Shown here in pieces: positions 1 to 8,623 of a stretch of DNA of 39,726 bases. The stretch is from a virus (Duplodnaviria > Caudoviricetes). The stretch covers positions 1 through 39,726 of IMG/VR virus record IMGVR_UViG_3300032295_002428. One strand, written 5' to 3'. Every line of letters starts with the position of its first letter. Position 1 is the stretch's first letter. Under the pieces are notes generated by a model, which was not told the DNA's origin, did not search any database, and saw nothing but the letters and a program-made list of their open reading frames with translations. The position numbers and the translations under genes were made by a program.

Positions 1-120
1 GGTCCTGCGTTGGCGGCAATCCTGCGTTGGCCACCGACTGCAGTTGTTACGGATTACAACAAGGGGGTGGTGCTTCTGCCTGGGGGTGGTGCATGCTGGG
101 CCAGTCCACCCACCAAGTAA
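1..120 (+). CDS. 3' end of a small ORF truncated by the window start (GPALAAILRWPP...PPTK*)
   Basis: Frame 1 is open from base 1 to TAA 118-120, which overlaps the next ATG (TAATG), the coupling pattern used by neighbouring genes. Confidence 0.45.
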   Translation, partial: GPALAAILRWPPTAVVTDYNKGVVLLPGGGACWASPPTK

Positions 121-293
121 TGGACCCACCTACTCACGTCAATGCATCTGTGTTGGCCGAGATCCACAGCACACTGCTTCAAGCAGCAGCTCGCTTGTAC
201 TCCATCGGATACAAAGACGAGTCTGATTCTGTGTTGGCCACAACTAAAGTCCTTTCCACCCACATTGAACTGATCTCCAATGAACAACCTTAA
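120..293 (+). CDS. hypothetical protein (57 aa, MDPPTHVN...)
   Basis: ATG 120 overlaps the upstream TAA; the stop overlaps the next gene. Confidence 0.55.
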   Translation: MDPPTHVNASVLAEIHSTLLQAAARLYSIGYKDESDSVLATTKVLSTHIELISNEQP

Positions 294-558
294 AGAGTAC
301 GAATTGCTTGACATGTATAGGCAATGGTGGAGTGCAAGCTATGGCACTCAGCCCAACAACCAAGCAGCTGTGATGGCAGCATCGTTTGCTGCTCACGTCC
401 TTGCTTCAGTGAACAAGCCAGTGCCTGAGATCACACAGGAAATGGTTGAGCGTTGGCACGCTGTCGCCACCGCTGAAGATGATGAGCCTGGCCTTGGATT
501 GAACAGCTGCTGGCATCGCTTCGCTGTGTTGGCTGTGACTGAGATGGTGAACCAGTGA
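280..558 (+). CDS. hypothetical phage protein (92 aa)
   Basis: ORF track; overlapping start/stop on both sides. Confidence 0.7.
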   Translation: MNNLKEYELLDMYRQWWSASYGTQPNNQAAVMAASFAAHVLASVNKPVPEITQEMVERWHAVATAEDDEPGLGLNSCWHRFAVLAVTEMVNQ

Positions 559-773
559 TGAATGATCCTGTCAACCATCCCGATCACTACACCAATGGAA
601 GCATTGAGTGTATTGATGCCATTCAATCTGCTCTTACACCAGCAGAGTTTCGTGGTTACTGCAAAGGCAATGCCATTAAGTACATCTGGCGTGAGCTGAT
701 GAAAGGTGGCAGCGAATCAATTGCAAAAGCTCAGTGGTATCTCGACAGAATGGAGGATTCAAACAATGACTGA
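558..773 (+). CDS. DUF3310 family / T7 gp1.7-like nucleotide kinase
   Basis: Signature DPVNHPDHY..GSIECIDAI...FRGYCKGNAIKYIWR...KAQWYL. Confidence 0.85.
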   Translation: MNDPVNHPDHYTNGSIECIDAIQSALTPAEFRGYCKGNAIKYIWRELMKGGSESIAKAQWYLDRMEDSNND

Positions 774-1083
774 ACACCTAACTCAACGCGCCCAGAGCTT
801 GATTGAAGCATTTGAGGAAGGCATAGATGTGCGCCATGGCCTTGCCAATGTGCTTTTGTATTTATCCGCTGCTTGGTACCATATTCATAATGACGACATT
901 TCTACAGTAGTTAGGTGTTCAACCCTAGAAGACATGGCCGCCGAGCTTACCGCTCCAACATTGATGGAACGCGCTTTGGCTGGCGACAAGGACGCTGCCA
1001 GGCAGTTTCTTTTTGAAGCTGGCTTTACTGACGAACACGGTCAACTCACTGGACCTTACAAATCGGAGCAAGTTAATGACTGA
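766..1083 (+). CDS. hypothetical protein (MTEHLTQRAQ...)
   Basis: ATG 766 lies in an ATGACTGA overlap with the upstream stop; in frame with ORF 706..1083. Confidence 0.7.
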   Translation: MTEHLTQRAQSLIEAFEEGIDVRHGLANVLLYLSAAWYHIHNDDISTVVRCSTLEDMAAELTAPTLMERALAGDKDAARQFLFEAGFTDEHGQLTGPYKSEQVND

Positions 1084-1141
1084 CTTTCGTGCGCTGTGCG
1101 CTGAGCTGCTGCAAGCACTTGAGACTGAGGGCAATGACTGA
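1076..1141 (+). CDS. 21-aa mini-ORF MTDFRALCAELLQALETEGND (possible cassette remnant)
   Basis: Read manually; begins and ends in ATGACTGA overlaps and exactly bridges the flanking genes. Confidence 0.55.
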   Translation: MTDFRALCAELLQALETEGND

Positions 1142-1478
1142 ACACCACCCACTTACCCCACCGCCGGAGCTGGTGCAGCAGTTGGCAGAGCAAGCCCCGC
1201 GATACCGCGATGGTGGTGTTGGCCGAGAAGTTTGGCTGATCAACCGCGCCTATTCCGCTGGCGCCGACCAAGAGCTGGAGGCATTGCTGGTGTGGCTGCG
1301 CGTCAAAGGCTTTGACAACCTTGCCGCTGATCTGCTCGCCGCCCGCCGTCCCAAGCCGCCGAGCTTGAAGGAGCAGGCGCTTAAAGCGTTGAAGCGCCAG
1401 TCAACCAGATCAATTCCGTCACTGGTTTCTAGCAATGACTGCGACACCATTCACCGCGCACTGGAGGCGCTTCCATGA
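1134..1478 (+). CDS. hypothetical cyanophage-type protein (HPLTPPPELVQQ...PKPPSLKEQAL...ALEALP)
   Basis: ATG 1134 in an ATGACTGA overlap; motifs recalled from small phage accessory proteins. Confidence 0.7.
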   Translation: MTEHHPLTPPPELVQQLAEQAPRYRDGGVGREVWLINRAYSAGADQELEALLVWLRVKGFDNLAADLLAARRPKPPSLKEQALKALKRQSTRSIPSLVSSNDCDTIHRALEALP

Positions 1479-1810
1479 AGTGTCGCTTCTGCAACGGTGA
1501 CATCTACCGTGTGTCAAATGCACAGCGCAAAGATGGGCGGCACCGTTGGTATCGGTGCTACGAATGTGACAAATCAATCCACACGATTGAGACCTACGTC
1601 ACCCGTGGTCCAGCACCTGGCACCCCCAAGAAAGGACCAGCTGCCTACGGCACACGCAATGGAGCAGCTATCTTCACTGAAGAGGACATCCTCAGGATGC
1701 GTCAACTCGCAGCTGATGGTGTACTGCAGAAGGACATCGCTGTGATCTTCGGCATCTTGCCTTCATCCGTATCACGAATCATCACTCGGAAAGCATGGAA
1801 GCACATCTAG
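1475..1810 (+). CDS. Zn-ribbon plus C-terminal HTH DNA-binding protein
   Basis: CRFC...CYEC zinc ribbon; C-terminal QKDIAVIFGILPSSVSRIITRKAWKHI helix-turn-helix. Confidence 0.7.
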   Translation: MKCRFCNGDIYRVSNAQRKDGRHRWYRCYECDKSIHTIETYVTRGPAPGTPKKGPAAYGTRNGAAIFTEEDILRMRQLAADGVLQKDIAVIFGILPSSVSRIITRKAWKHI

Positions 1811-1846
1811 TATTGTCCGGCCTCAACCACCCACCATCTCCCATCA

Positions 1847-2098
1847 ATGGCCAAGCAACCACGAGGAAAAGATGTTTCGTTTGTACTGACATGGAACGAA
1901 GGTGTTATCTGCAGACATGGAGAAGGCGTCAGTAGGACGTCTGATCCAAAGGCAAAACTCTGGGCACTCATCATTCAGATCCCTGGCCAGATGGTTTTGC
2001 GTTCAACCATCCGTGCTCACACACGGAAAGAGGCAAAGGAATTTGCCGCCAACTGTCACCCAACTGCTACATCAATCATCGTCGTAGGACAAGCATGA
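1847..2098 (+). CDS. hypothetical protein (83 aa)
   Basis: ORF track; stop overlaps the next ATG (ATGA). Confidence 0.7.
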   Translation: MAKQPRGKDVSFVLTWNEGVICRHGEGVSRTSDPKAKLWALIIQIPGQMVLRSTIRAHTRKEAKEFAANCHPTATSIIVVGQA

Positions 2099-2409
2099 GC
2101 ACACAAGTCTTTGATGTCGATGACATCATGCCTGCACTTGAAGACGCCGACTCTGATCAGAAGGTTAACTGGTTTCACCCTCGCTTTGGCTGGTGCCAGG
2201 GTTACTGGGAGTTCCCTGCTTACACCGACTGCAGTCACTGGGCACGCCTGCCTGATCGCCCCACTGCAGTGGATCCAGAGGAGAAGATGGACGATGCGTT
2301 CAACGCATGGATCAAGACCTTCCCAACCAAGTTCGAGGAGTCAGCACTGGCTCTGCTGAAGACTGGATTTAGGGCTGGCCTTGCTCGTGGCAAGCGGAGG
2401 TGGGCATGA
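2095..2409 (+). CDS. hypothetical protein (104 aa)
   Basis: ORF track; ATGA overlaps at both ends. Confidence 0.7.
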   Translation: MSTQVFDVDDIMPALEDADSDQKVNWFHPRFGWCQGYWEFPAYTDCSHWARLPDRPTAVDPEEKMDDAFNAWIKTFPTKFEESALALLKTGFRAGLARGKRRWA

Positions 2410-4802
2410 CCTACACCGACGAACAGATCAAGGAACAACTGCTGCTCGAGCAGGAGATGCTGGCCCTTGGTGCCGAGGCATACGACACCAGGATGAAGGT
2501 CAACAAGGAGAAGAGACGTGAGTCTCTCTGCCCTCCCGGCAACCAGCTGGCTGCAGCTGGGGTGAACAAGCTGTGTGATGCCATCCAGGATCTGCTGGAT
2601 CAGGTCAGCAATGGCAAGGCTTACAAGTGGGCCTCCTACCTCAAGCCACTGCAGGACCTGACAGCAGAACAGATCGCTGCCACCACCATGCGTGTGGTGC
2701 TGGACAAGATCAGTCAGCACCGTCGGGCCAATGCCATGGCCATCGAGATCGGTGGTGCCCTATGGGCAGAGGCCATGCTTGGCAAGGCTGGTGGCTTCGA
2801 CCTGATTGATCACCTCGCCGTGAAGCGGTGGCGCAGCAAGAAGGAGAAGCGCAACGACATCATGCAGATGGAGACCACCACCATCTGGACCCTGAGGGAG
2901 CGCCAGGCCATCGGCCTTGTGATCCTGCAGATGACTGTGGTTCACACGGGCATCGTCCAACTGACGACCGTGCAGGAGGGGCTGAAGCGGTTGCGCTTGG
3001 TGTCCGTCACACCCGAAGCATTCGAGTGGTTGGAAGCCAAGCACGCCAAGCACCGGCTCCTCTGTCCCATGCGCCTGCCCATGCTGGTGAAGCCGCAGCC
3101 ATGGACCACCCTCTGGGATGGCGGCTACCTCACTGACATCCCGGGCAACACCCTGATCAAGGATGCCAAGAAGGACAGGACACCCATCACTGGCCACGAG
3201 GCATTCATCAAGGCAGCCAACCTTCAGCAGGACGTGGGCTGGCAGATCAACAAGTGGGTGCTCGAGCAGGCCAACCATGCCTGGCGACAGAGCATCGGCA
3301 TCGGTTGCATGGTGCCCAGTCAGGGGTATGAGTTCCCTCCCTACCCCAAGCACCTGCCACCTGATCACGTCGACGTCATCCAGTGGAAGCACAACGCCCG
3401 TGTGATCCACGAGAAGAACGACGGCGAGAAAACCAGGCGAGTGCAGATGCTCAAGAGCCTGTGGATTGCCGATCGATTCAAGGATCGGGACTCCTTCTAC
3501 TTCCCGATGCAGGTGGACTTTCGCGGTCGGTTCTACTACCGGTCGTACCACCTCAACCCACAGGGTCATGACCTGAGCCGGGCACTGCTGCGCTTTGCGG
3601 AAGGTGCTCGCATCACCGACCAGGCTGGGCTGGATTGGCTGATGATCCACGGGGCCAATGCCTATGGACTCAGCAAGCTGTCGTGGCAAAGCCGGATCGA
3701 CTGGGTCGAGGAGAACGAGGAGGCAATCCTTGCTGCTGGGTCTGACCCATGGGGTGGGGCCTCGGTGTTCTGGCAAGAGGCCAAGTCACCGTGGCAGTTC
3801 CTTGCCTTCTGCCGGGAGTACCGACAGTTCACGGTCAATGGCTGGGGTTACATCAGCAGGCTGCCGGTGCAGCTGGACTGCACATGCTCTGGCATCCAGC
3901 ACTTCGCCGCCATGCTGCGCGACGACAGGATGGCTGGCATGGTCAACCTCGTGCCAGGCGAGGAGCCGGGTGACATCTACGTCGAGCTCACCAACCGGGT
4001 GCTCACCTTCCTGCGAAACAGCAGGGATGAGAACGCAGAGAAGTGGTTGAGCTTCGGGCCTGACCGGTCACTGACCAAGCCGGTCGTCATGACCCTGGCC
4101 TACAGCGCAACCCGTCGGTCCATCATGCGGCACTGCCAAGAGTGGGCGCACGATCGGGGCATGGAATCCAGTGGCTTGGAGTCGTGGCCATTCAAGTTCG
4201 GTGGCCTCAAGTCCTGCTACTGGATGGCAGACGTGCTGTACAGGGAGGCAGTTGAGCTGATCAGGCCAGCTCAGAAAACCATGACGTGGTTCAAGAAGGT
4301 TGGTTCCGCAGCTGGCAGTGTCGACACCGAACTGGTGTGGACTACACCAAGTGGCATGAAGGTTTATCAGAACTACCCACTGTACCTTTCGGAAACAATT
4401 GCACTGAAGACTGTCAGTCCTGTCATACATTTGCGTGGCAAGATCTTCGACACGTCCGAAGGGTTAGACCGCAGGCGTATGGCTAATAGCCTCAGCCCAA
4501 ACGTCATTCATAGCCTGGACTCCAGCCACATGGCGCTGTCCTTGGTGAGCGCAAGTTCGCTGATCAAGAACTTTGGTGGGATCCACGACTGCTTCTTAAC
4601 AACAGCAGCAGAGATGACGCAGCTGCGTCAGTGTGTCCGTGCTACCTTTGCAGAGATGTACGCCGACGACGTGTTGGCTGACATCTCTCGTCAACTGGTA
4701 TCGCAACTACCAGCTGAACTAAGTGACAAACTACCTACCATTCCAACGGTTGGTAACTTTGACATTGACCAAGTAAACAACGCTGACTATTTCATCTCAT
4801 GA
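2406..4802 (+). CDS. gp1: T7-like single-subunit DNA-directed RNA polymerase
   Basis: DFRGRFY, LNPQG, motif A PVQLDCTCSGIQH, motif B RSLTKPVVMTLAY, PNVIHSLD, motif C IHDCF, C-terminal YFIS. Confidence 0.97.
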   Translation: MTYTDEQIKEQLLLEQEMLALGAEAYDTRMKVNKEKRRESLCPPGNQLAAAGVNKLCDAIQDLLDQVSNGKAYKWASYLKPLQDLTAEQIAATTMRVVLDKISQHRRANAMAIEIGGALWAEAMLGKAGGFDLIDHLAVKRWRSKKEKRNDIMQMETTTIWTLRERQAIGLVILQMTVVHTGIVQLTTVQEGLKRLRLVSVTPEAFEWLEAKHAKHRLLCPMRLPMLVKPQPWTTLWDGGYLTDIPGNTLIKDAKKDRTPITGHEAFIKAANLQQDVGWQINKWVLEQANHAWRQSIGIGCMVPSQGYEFPPYPKHLPPDHVDVIQWKHNARVIHEKNDGEKTRRVQMLKSLWIADRFKDRDSFYFPMQVDFRGRFYYRSYHLNPQGHDLSRALLRFAEGARITDQAGLDWLMIHGANAYGLSKLSWQSRIDWVEENEEAILAAGSDPWGGASVFWQEAKSPWQFLAFCREYRQFTVNGWGYISRLPVQLDCTCSGIQHFAAMLRDDRMAGMVNLVPGEEPGDIYVELTNRVLTFLRNSRDENAEKWLSFGPDRSLTKPVVMTLAYSATRRSIMRHCQEWAHDRGMESSGLESWPFKFGGLKSCYWMADVLYREAVELIRPAQKTMTWFKKVGSAAGSVDTELVWTTPSGMKVYQNYPLYLSETIALKTVSPVIHLRGKIFDTSEGLDRRRMANSLSPNVIHSLDSSHMALSLVSASSLIKNFGGIHDCFLTTAAEMTQLRQCVRATFAEMYADDVLADISRQLVSQLPAELSDKLPTIPTVGNFDIDQVNNADYFIS

Positions 4803-5431
4803 ACTTCATCATCACTGACAAGATTCGGATCACCACTCCTGTCTGCCGCTTCTCCTTCCCCAAGCTGGTGGAACCCGAGACCAAGTTCGATCCCGCCGGT
4901 CACTTCAAGGTGATGGGCGTCATGGACACAGAGGTTGGGGCTGACATCGCCGATCGACTGGATGCCCTGCTGAACCTGCACAAGCAGGGCCTCAAGCAGC
5001 AGGCACCGACTCAGTCCTTCAAGCTGGCCGACCTGCCCTTCGGGTACGAGGAGGTGGATGGCAAGCCTTGCTTCGTGGTCAAGACCAAGATGAAGGCCAG
5101 CGGTATGGATCGTGATGGCCGTCGCTGGACTGCAGCACCTGCTCTCTTCGATGCCAAGGGTCAGCCCATCAGGGATCGGGAGTCACTGAAGAACATGTGG
5201 TCCGGCACCACCGGTCGCATCGGTTTTGATGCCTGCCCCTTCTTCAACCCAGCCATCGGCGCAGGGATCACCCTTCGCCTGCGTGCCGTCCAGGTCATCG
5301 ACCTCGTGGAGAGTGGTGGTGACGCTGCTTCCTATGGGTTTGGAGAGGAGCAAGGGTTCACCGTTGGCGGCACTGCAGCGCCGATCCCGTTCGATGCCAC
5401 CGGATCAGTGCCCGATGCAGGGGACTTCTAA
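4799..5431 (+). CDS. gp2.5: single-stranded DNA-binding protein (T7 gp2.5-like)
   Basis: TTP..FSFPKL..P.TKF, PALFDAKG, GITLRLRAVQVIDLVE, C-terminal GDF; synteny. Confidence 0.9.
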   Translation: MNFIITDKIRITTPVCRFSFPKLVEPETKFDPAGHFKVMGVMDTEVGADIADRLDALLNLHKQGLKQQAPTQSFKLADLPFGYEEVDGKPCFVVKTKMKASGMDRDGRRWTAAPALFDAKGQPIRDRESLKNMWSGTTGRIGFDACPFFNPAIGAGITLRLRAVQVIDLVESGGDAASYGFGEEQGFTVGGTAAPIPFDATGSVPDAGDF

Positions 5432-5801
5432 GTACCGGTCCAAGTTCGAGGCAACGGTTGCCCTGTCCCTGAACAAGCGGGGCCTGTCCTTCAAGTACGA
5501 AGGACGGGCTCTGCCCTACACAGTGCAGTCCATCTACACCCCGGACTTCATCCTTCCCAACGGTGTGATCGTCGAGACCAAGGGTCTGTTCGATCAGGAC
5601 GATCGTCGCAAGATGGTTGCCGTCAAGGCACAGCACCCTGATCTCGACATCCGTCTCTGCTTCATGAAGGCTGACGTCAAGCTGTCTCGTGCTCCTCGCT
5701 CACTGAAGTATTGGCAGTGGGCAGAACGACACGGGTTCCCTTGGTGTGAAGGTCACATCCCAACGAGCTGGTTCAATGCCGTCCAAGTTCCTGAAGCATG
5801 A
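5415..5801 (+). CDS. gp3: endonuclease I / Holliday junction resolvase (T7 gp3-like)
   Basis: YRSKFE, YTPDFILPNGVIVETKG, HPDLDIR, WAERHGF. Confidence 0.95.
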   Translation: MQGTSKYRSKFEATVALSLNKRGLSFKYEGRALPYTVQSIYTPDFILPNGVIVETKGLFDQDDRRKMVAVKAQHPDLDIRLCFMKADVKLSRAPRSLKYWQWAERHGFPWCEGHIPTSWFNAVQVPEA

Positions 5802-7383
5802 GTCCTGTCCGGAGTGCAAAAGCAAAGACAATTTTGCTCGCTATGACGACGGGCACGGTCATTGCTTTGGGTGCGGGTATCGAGAAGCCAAGCCAAAAGA
5901 AGAAAGACCAATGCCTGTCATGCCACCCCCAACAACACCAAGCCTCATCCCATTCATCACCCCACAGGAGTTGGTCAAGCGATGCATCAGTGAAGAGACC
6001 TGCAAGCTCTACGGCTACGGCACCACCAACTACATGGGTCAACCCGCCCAGGTAGCTGAGTACCGCAACAGCAAGGGAGACGTCGTCGCACAGCACGTTC
6101 GCTTCCCGGACAAGCGGTTCCGTTGGGTGGGTGACAGCTCTGACATGCAGCTGTGGGGCCAGCACCTCTGGCGGCAGAACCACGGCAAGGAGACCAACGT
6201 CTTCTGCGTCGTGACCGAGGGGGAGATCGATGCCATGTCGGTCAGCCAGGCCCAAGGCAACAAGTTCCCTGTGGTCTCGGTACCCAACGGAGCGCAGTCA
6301 GCCAAGAAGTATCTGGCCGCCAACCTCGAGTGGCTCAGTCAGTTCAGCCGGGTGGTGCTGTGCTTCGACAGCGATGAGCCAGGACGTCAAGCAGCTGAGG
6401 CTTGCCTTGCTGTCCTGCCCCTCGGCAAGGCAGCGATCTGCCACCTGCCACGGAAGGATGCCAACGAGATGCTGCAGGCAGGGGAGGATGCCCTGCTTCG
6501 TGACCTGCTGTGGAAGGCAACACCATCCAGGCCCGATGGCATTGTCAATGCCGCCGATCTCTGGGAGGAACTGGTCCGCCCCGGCTCTGCCTCTGTCTGC
6601 TCCTACCCCTGGCCTGCCCTCGATCGCATGGCCCGGGGGTTCAGGAAGGGGGAGATGGTGACGCTCACCGCAGGCAGTGGCATTGGCAAGTCACTGATCT
6701 GTCGGCACATCGCTCATCACTTCCTCGAGCATGGCCTGCGCGTGGGCTACATCGCCCTCGAGGAATCCCTCCAGCGCACCATGCAGGGGATTGTTGGCCT
6801 GCACATTGGCAAGCCCATCCACCTGGACCCAGCCCTTGCTGATCCAGATGAGGTGCGTCGTGGGTTCGATGAGGTGTTCGGCTCCGGCCGTTGCTTCCTC
6901 TACGACCACTTCGGATCCATGGATCCCGATCACCTGCTCAACAAGATCAGGTACCTGGCTGACGGGGAGGGGGCAGACATCGTCTTCCTTGACCACCTGA
7001 CCATCGTGGTCAGCGGCCTGGCCGACATCGATGAGCGTCGAGCGATCGATGTGACCTGCACCAAACTGCGTCAGGTTGTTGAGCAGACAGGCGTTGGCCT
7101 GCTGCTGGTCTCACACTTGAAGAGACCCGAGGGCAGGAGCCACGAGGAAGGAGCACAGACGTCACTGTCCCAGCTGCGTGGCAGCCATGCCATTGCCCAG
7201 CTGTCCGACATGGTGATCGGTGCAGAGCGGAACCAGCAGGGCCAGGCACACGAGCGCAATGAGCTCCAGCTCAGGGTGCTGAAGAACCGGCACGCTGGCC
7301 AGACCGGTCTCGTTGACAAGCTCTTGTACGACGAGGACACCGGCAAATTGATTGTCCCCATGTCAACTTACTTTGGAACATGA
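5776..7383 (+). CDS. gp4: DNA primase/helicase (T7 gp4-like)
   Basis: CPEC...CFGC Zn domain, TOPRIM EGEIDAMS / FDSDEPG / KDANE, Walker A AGSGIGKS, VSHLKR, LRGS.AIAQLSD, LKNR. Confidence 0.96.
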   Translation: MPSKFLKHESCPECKSKDNFARYDDGHGHCFGCGYREAKPKEERPMPVMPPPTTPSLIPFITPQELVKRCISEETCKLYGYGTTNYMGQPAQVAEYRNSKGDVVAQHVRFPDKRFRWVGDSSDMQLWGQHLWRQNHGKETNVFCVVTEGEIDAMSVSQAQGNKFPVVSVPNGAQSAKKYLAANLEWLSQFSRVVLCFDSDEPGRQAAEACLAVLPLGKAAICHLPRKDANEMLQAGEDALLRDLLWKATPSRPDGIVNAADLWEELVRPGSASVCSYPWPALDRMARGFRKGEMVTLTAGSGIGKSLICRHIAHHFLEHGLRVGYIALEESLQRTMQGIVGLHIGKPIHLDPALADPDEVRRGFDEVFGSGRCFLYDHFGSMDPDHLLNKIRYLADGEGADIVFLDHLTIVVSGLADIDERRAIDVTCTKLRQVVEQTGVGLLLVSHLKRPEGRSHEEGAQTSLSQLRGSHAIAQLSDMVIGAERNQQGQAHERNELQLRVLKNRHAGQTGLVDKLLYDEDTGKLIVPMSTYFGT

Positions 7384-8129
7384 CTCTATTAATTGATGCT
7401 GACTGGTTGATCTACGCTGCTTGCAGTGCATGTGAGTGCGACATTAGGTGGGATGAATGGACACACACTCTTCACCTTGAACCTGCTGACGTTCATGCCT
7501 TCATTGGTGACAGGGTGCATGGATGGAAGGAGTTGACTGGCAGCAAGAATGCTGTCATGTGTTTCTCTGACTACCCATCATTCCGCTACGATCTCTACCC
7601 TGACTACAAAGCAAATAGGGTTGGCAAGCGAAAGCCATTGGGCTTGCGTGACCTGAGGTTGTGGGTTGAACAACACTACGAAACCCGCACCATGGTTGGA
7701 CTTGAGGGTGACGATGTTCTTGCCATCCTCGCAACCAATGGTGGCTACAGCAATCCAATCATCGTGTCACCTGACAAGGACATGAGGACGGTGCCGTGCC
7801 AGCTGCTTGCAAAGGATGAGCTGGAGTCCATTACACCGAAGGCGGCGTTCCGTCACTGGATGCTGCAGACATTGACAGGTGATCAGGCTGACAACTACCC
7901 CGGCATCAAAGGGTGTGGTCCAGTCAAGGCAGAGAAGATCCTTGGTGACGAAGAGGATCCAGTCAAGCTGTGGGCTTCAGTCGTTGAGGCTTACAGAAAA
8001 GCTGGCCTCACCTTCTCTGATGCATTGCTGAATGCAAGACTGGCAAGGATCCTGCGTCATGGTGATTACGACTACAGGACTGGTGAGGTCAAGCTTTGGG
8101 ATCCATCCCACCTACTGAGAGACCAATGA
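7380..8129 (+). CDS. gp6: 5'-3' exonuclease (T7 gp6-like)
   Basis: LLIDAD, YKANR, LEGDD, SPDKD, TGDQADNYPGIKGCG, ARLARIL. Confidence 0.93.
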   Translation: MTLLIDADWLIYAACSACECDIRWDEWTHTLHLEPADVHAFIGDRVHGWKELTGSKNAVMCFSDYPSFRYDLYPDYKANRVGKRKPLGLRDLRLWVEQHYETRTMVGLEGDDVLAILATNGGYSNPIIVSPDKDMRTVPCQLLAKDELESITPKAAFRHWMLQTLTGDQADNYPGIKGCGPVKAEKILGDEEDPVKLWASVVEAYRKAGLTFSDALLNARLARILRHGDYDYRTGEVKLWDPSHLLRDQ

Positions 8130-8305
8130 ACGACGACCTATTTCCACCACTTGATCAATCACTGATCAAGCAACTGGACGAACTCTTTCCCGAACGCTGC
8201 CCAGATGAGGACTGGACTGACCGTCAAATCTGGATCTACGTTGGGCAGAGGAACGTGGTTCGCATGTTGCGTTCCGTTTACCTTGAGCAACAAGACGAGG
8301 ATTGA
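8126..8305 (+). CDS. small conserved T7-like phage protein (59 aa)
   Basis: LDELFPERCP...GQRNVVRML motif; position between exonuclease and portal. Confidence 0.7.
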   Translation: MNDDLFPPLDQSLIKQLDELFPERCPDEDWTDRQIWIYVGQRNVVRMLRSVYLEQQDED

Positions 8306-8308
8306 CTC

Positions 8309-8623
8309 ATGTGCTTTGGCGGTGGCGGTGCTCCCCCTGACAACTCGGCAGCCTTGAACCTGCAACGGCAACAGATCGCTCAACAGCAGCAGCAGTTCGA
8401 GCGGCAGATGGCTGTTCAACAGGCCCAGCAAGATGAGCAACGGAGGATCGCAAACGCTGCGCCGCCTCCGCCTCCCAACGAAGCGGCTTCAGTCGCAGCC
8501 CCAGCCGTCCAGGAACTGGGACCGAAACCAACCCGTGCAGGGATGGGTCGTCGCTCCATGCGAACTGACATCACCGGTCCTTCCGGTGTTGGCACCGGTG
8601 GCCTGAGCATCCCCGGGGCCTGA
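8309..8623 (+). CDS. small virion/tail-assembly protein (gp6.7/7.3-like position)
   Basis: MCFGGGG start, Q/P-rich, ends GLSIP; immediately upstream of portal (TGATG overlap). Confidence 0.7.
   Translation: MCFGGGGAPPDNSAALNLQRQQIAQQQQQFERQMAVQQAQQDEQRRIANAAPPPPPNEAASVAAPAVQELGPKPTRAGMGRRSMRTDITGPSGVGTGGLSIPGA

Noticed and set aside
3-31. 12-bp direct repeat TCCTGCGTTGGC at the window start
   Set aside because: Only two copies, inside a probable ORF at the window edge; no supporting context
2760-3776. Long antisense ORFs (e.g. 2760-3776, 11397-12383, 20321-21292, 34458-35195)
   Set aside because: Shadows of GC3-biased genes on the other strand; no motifs or RBS
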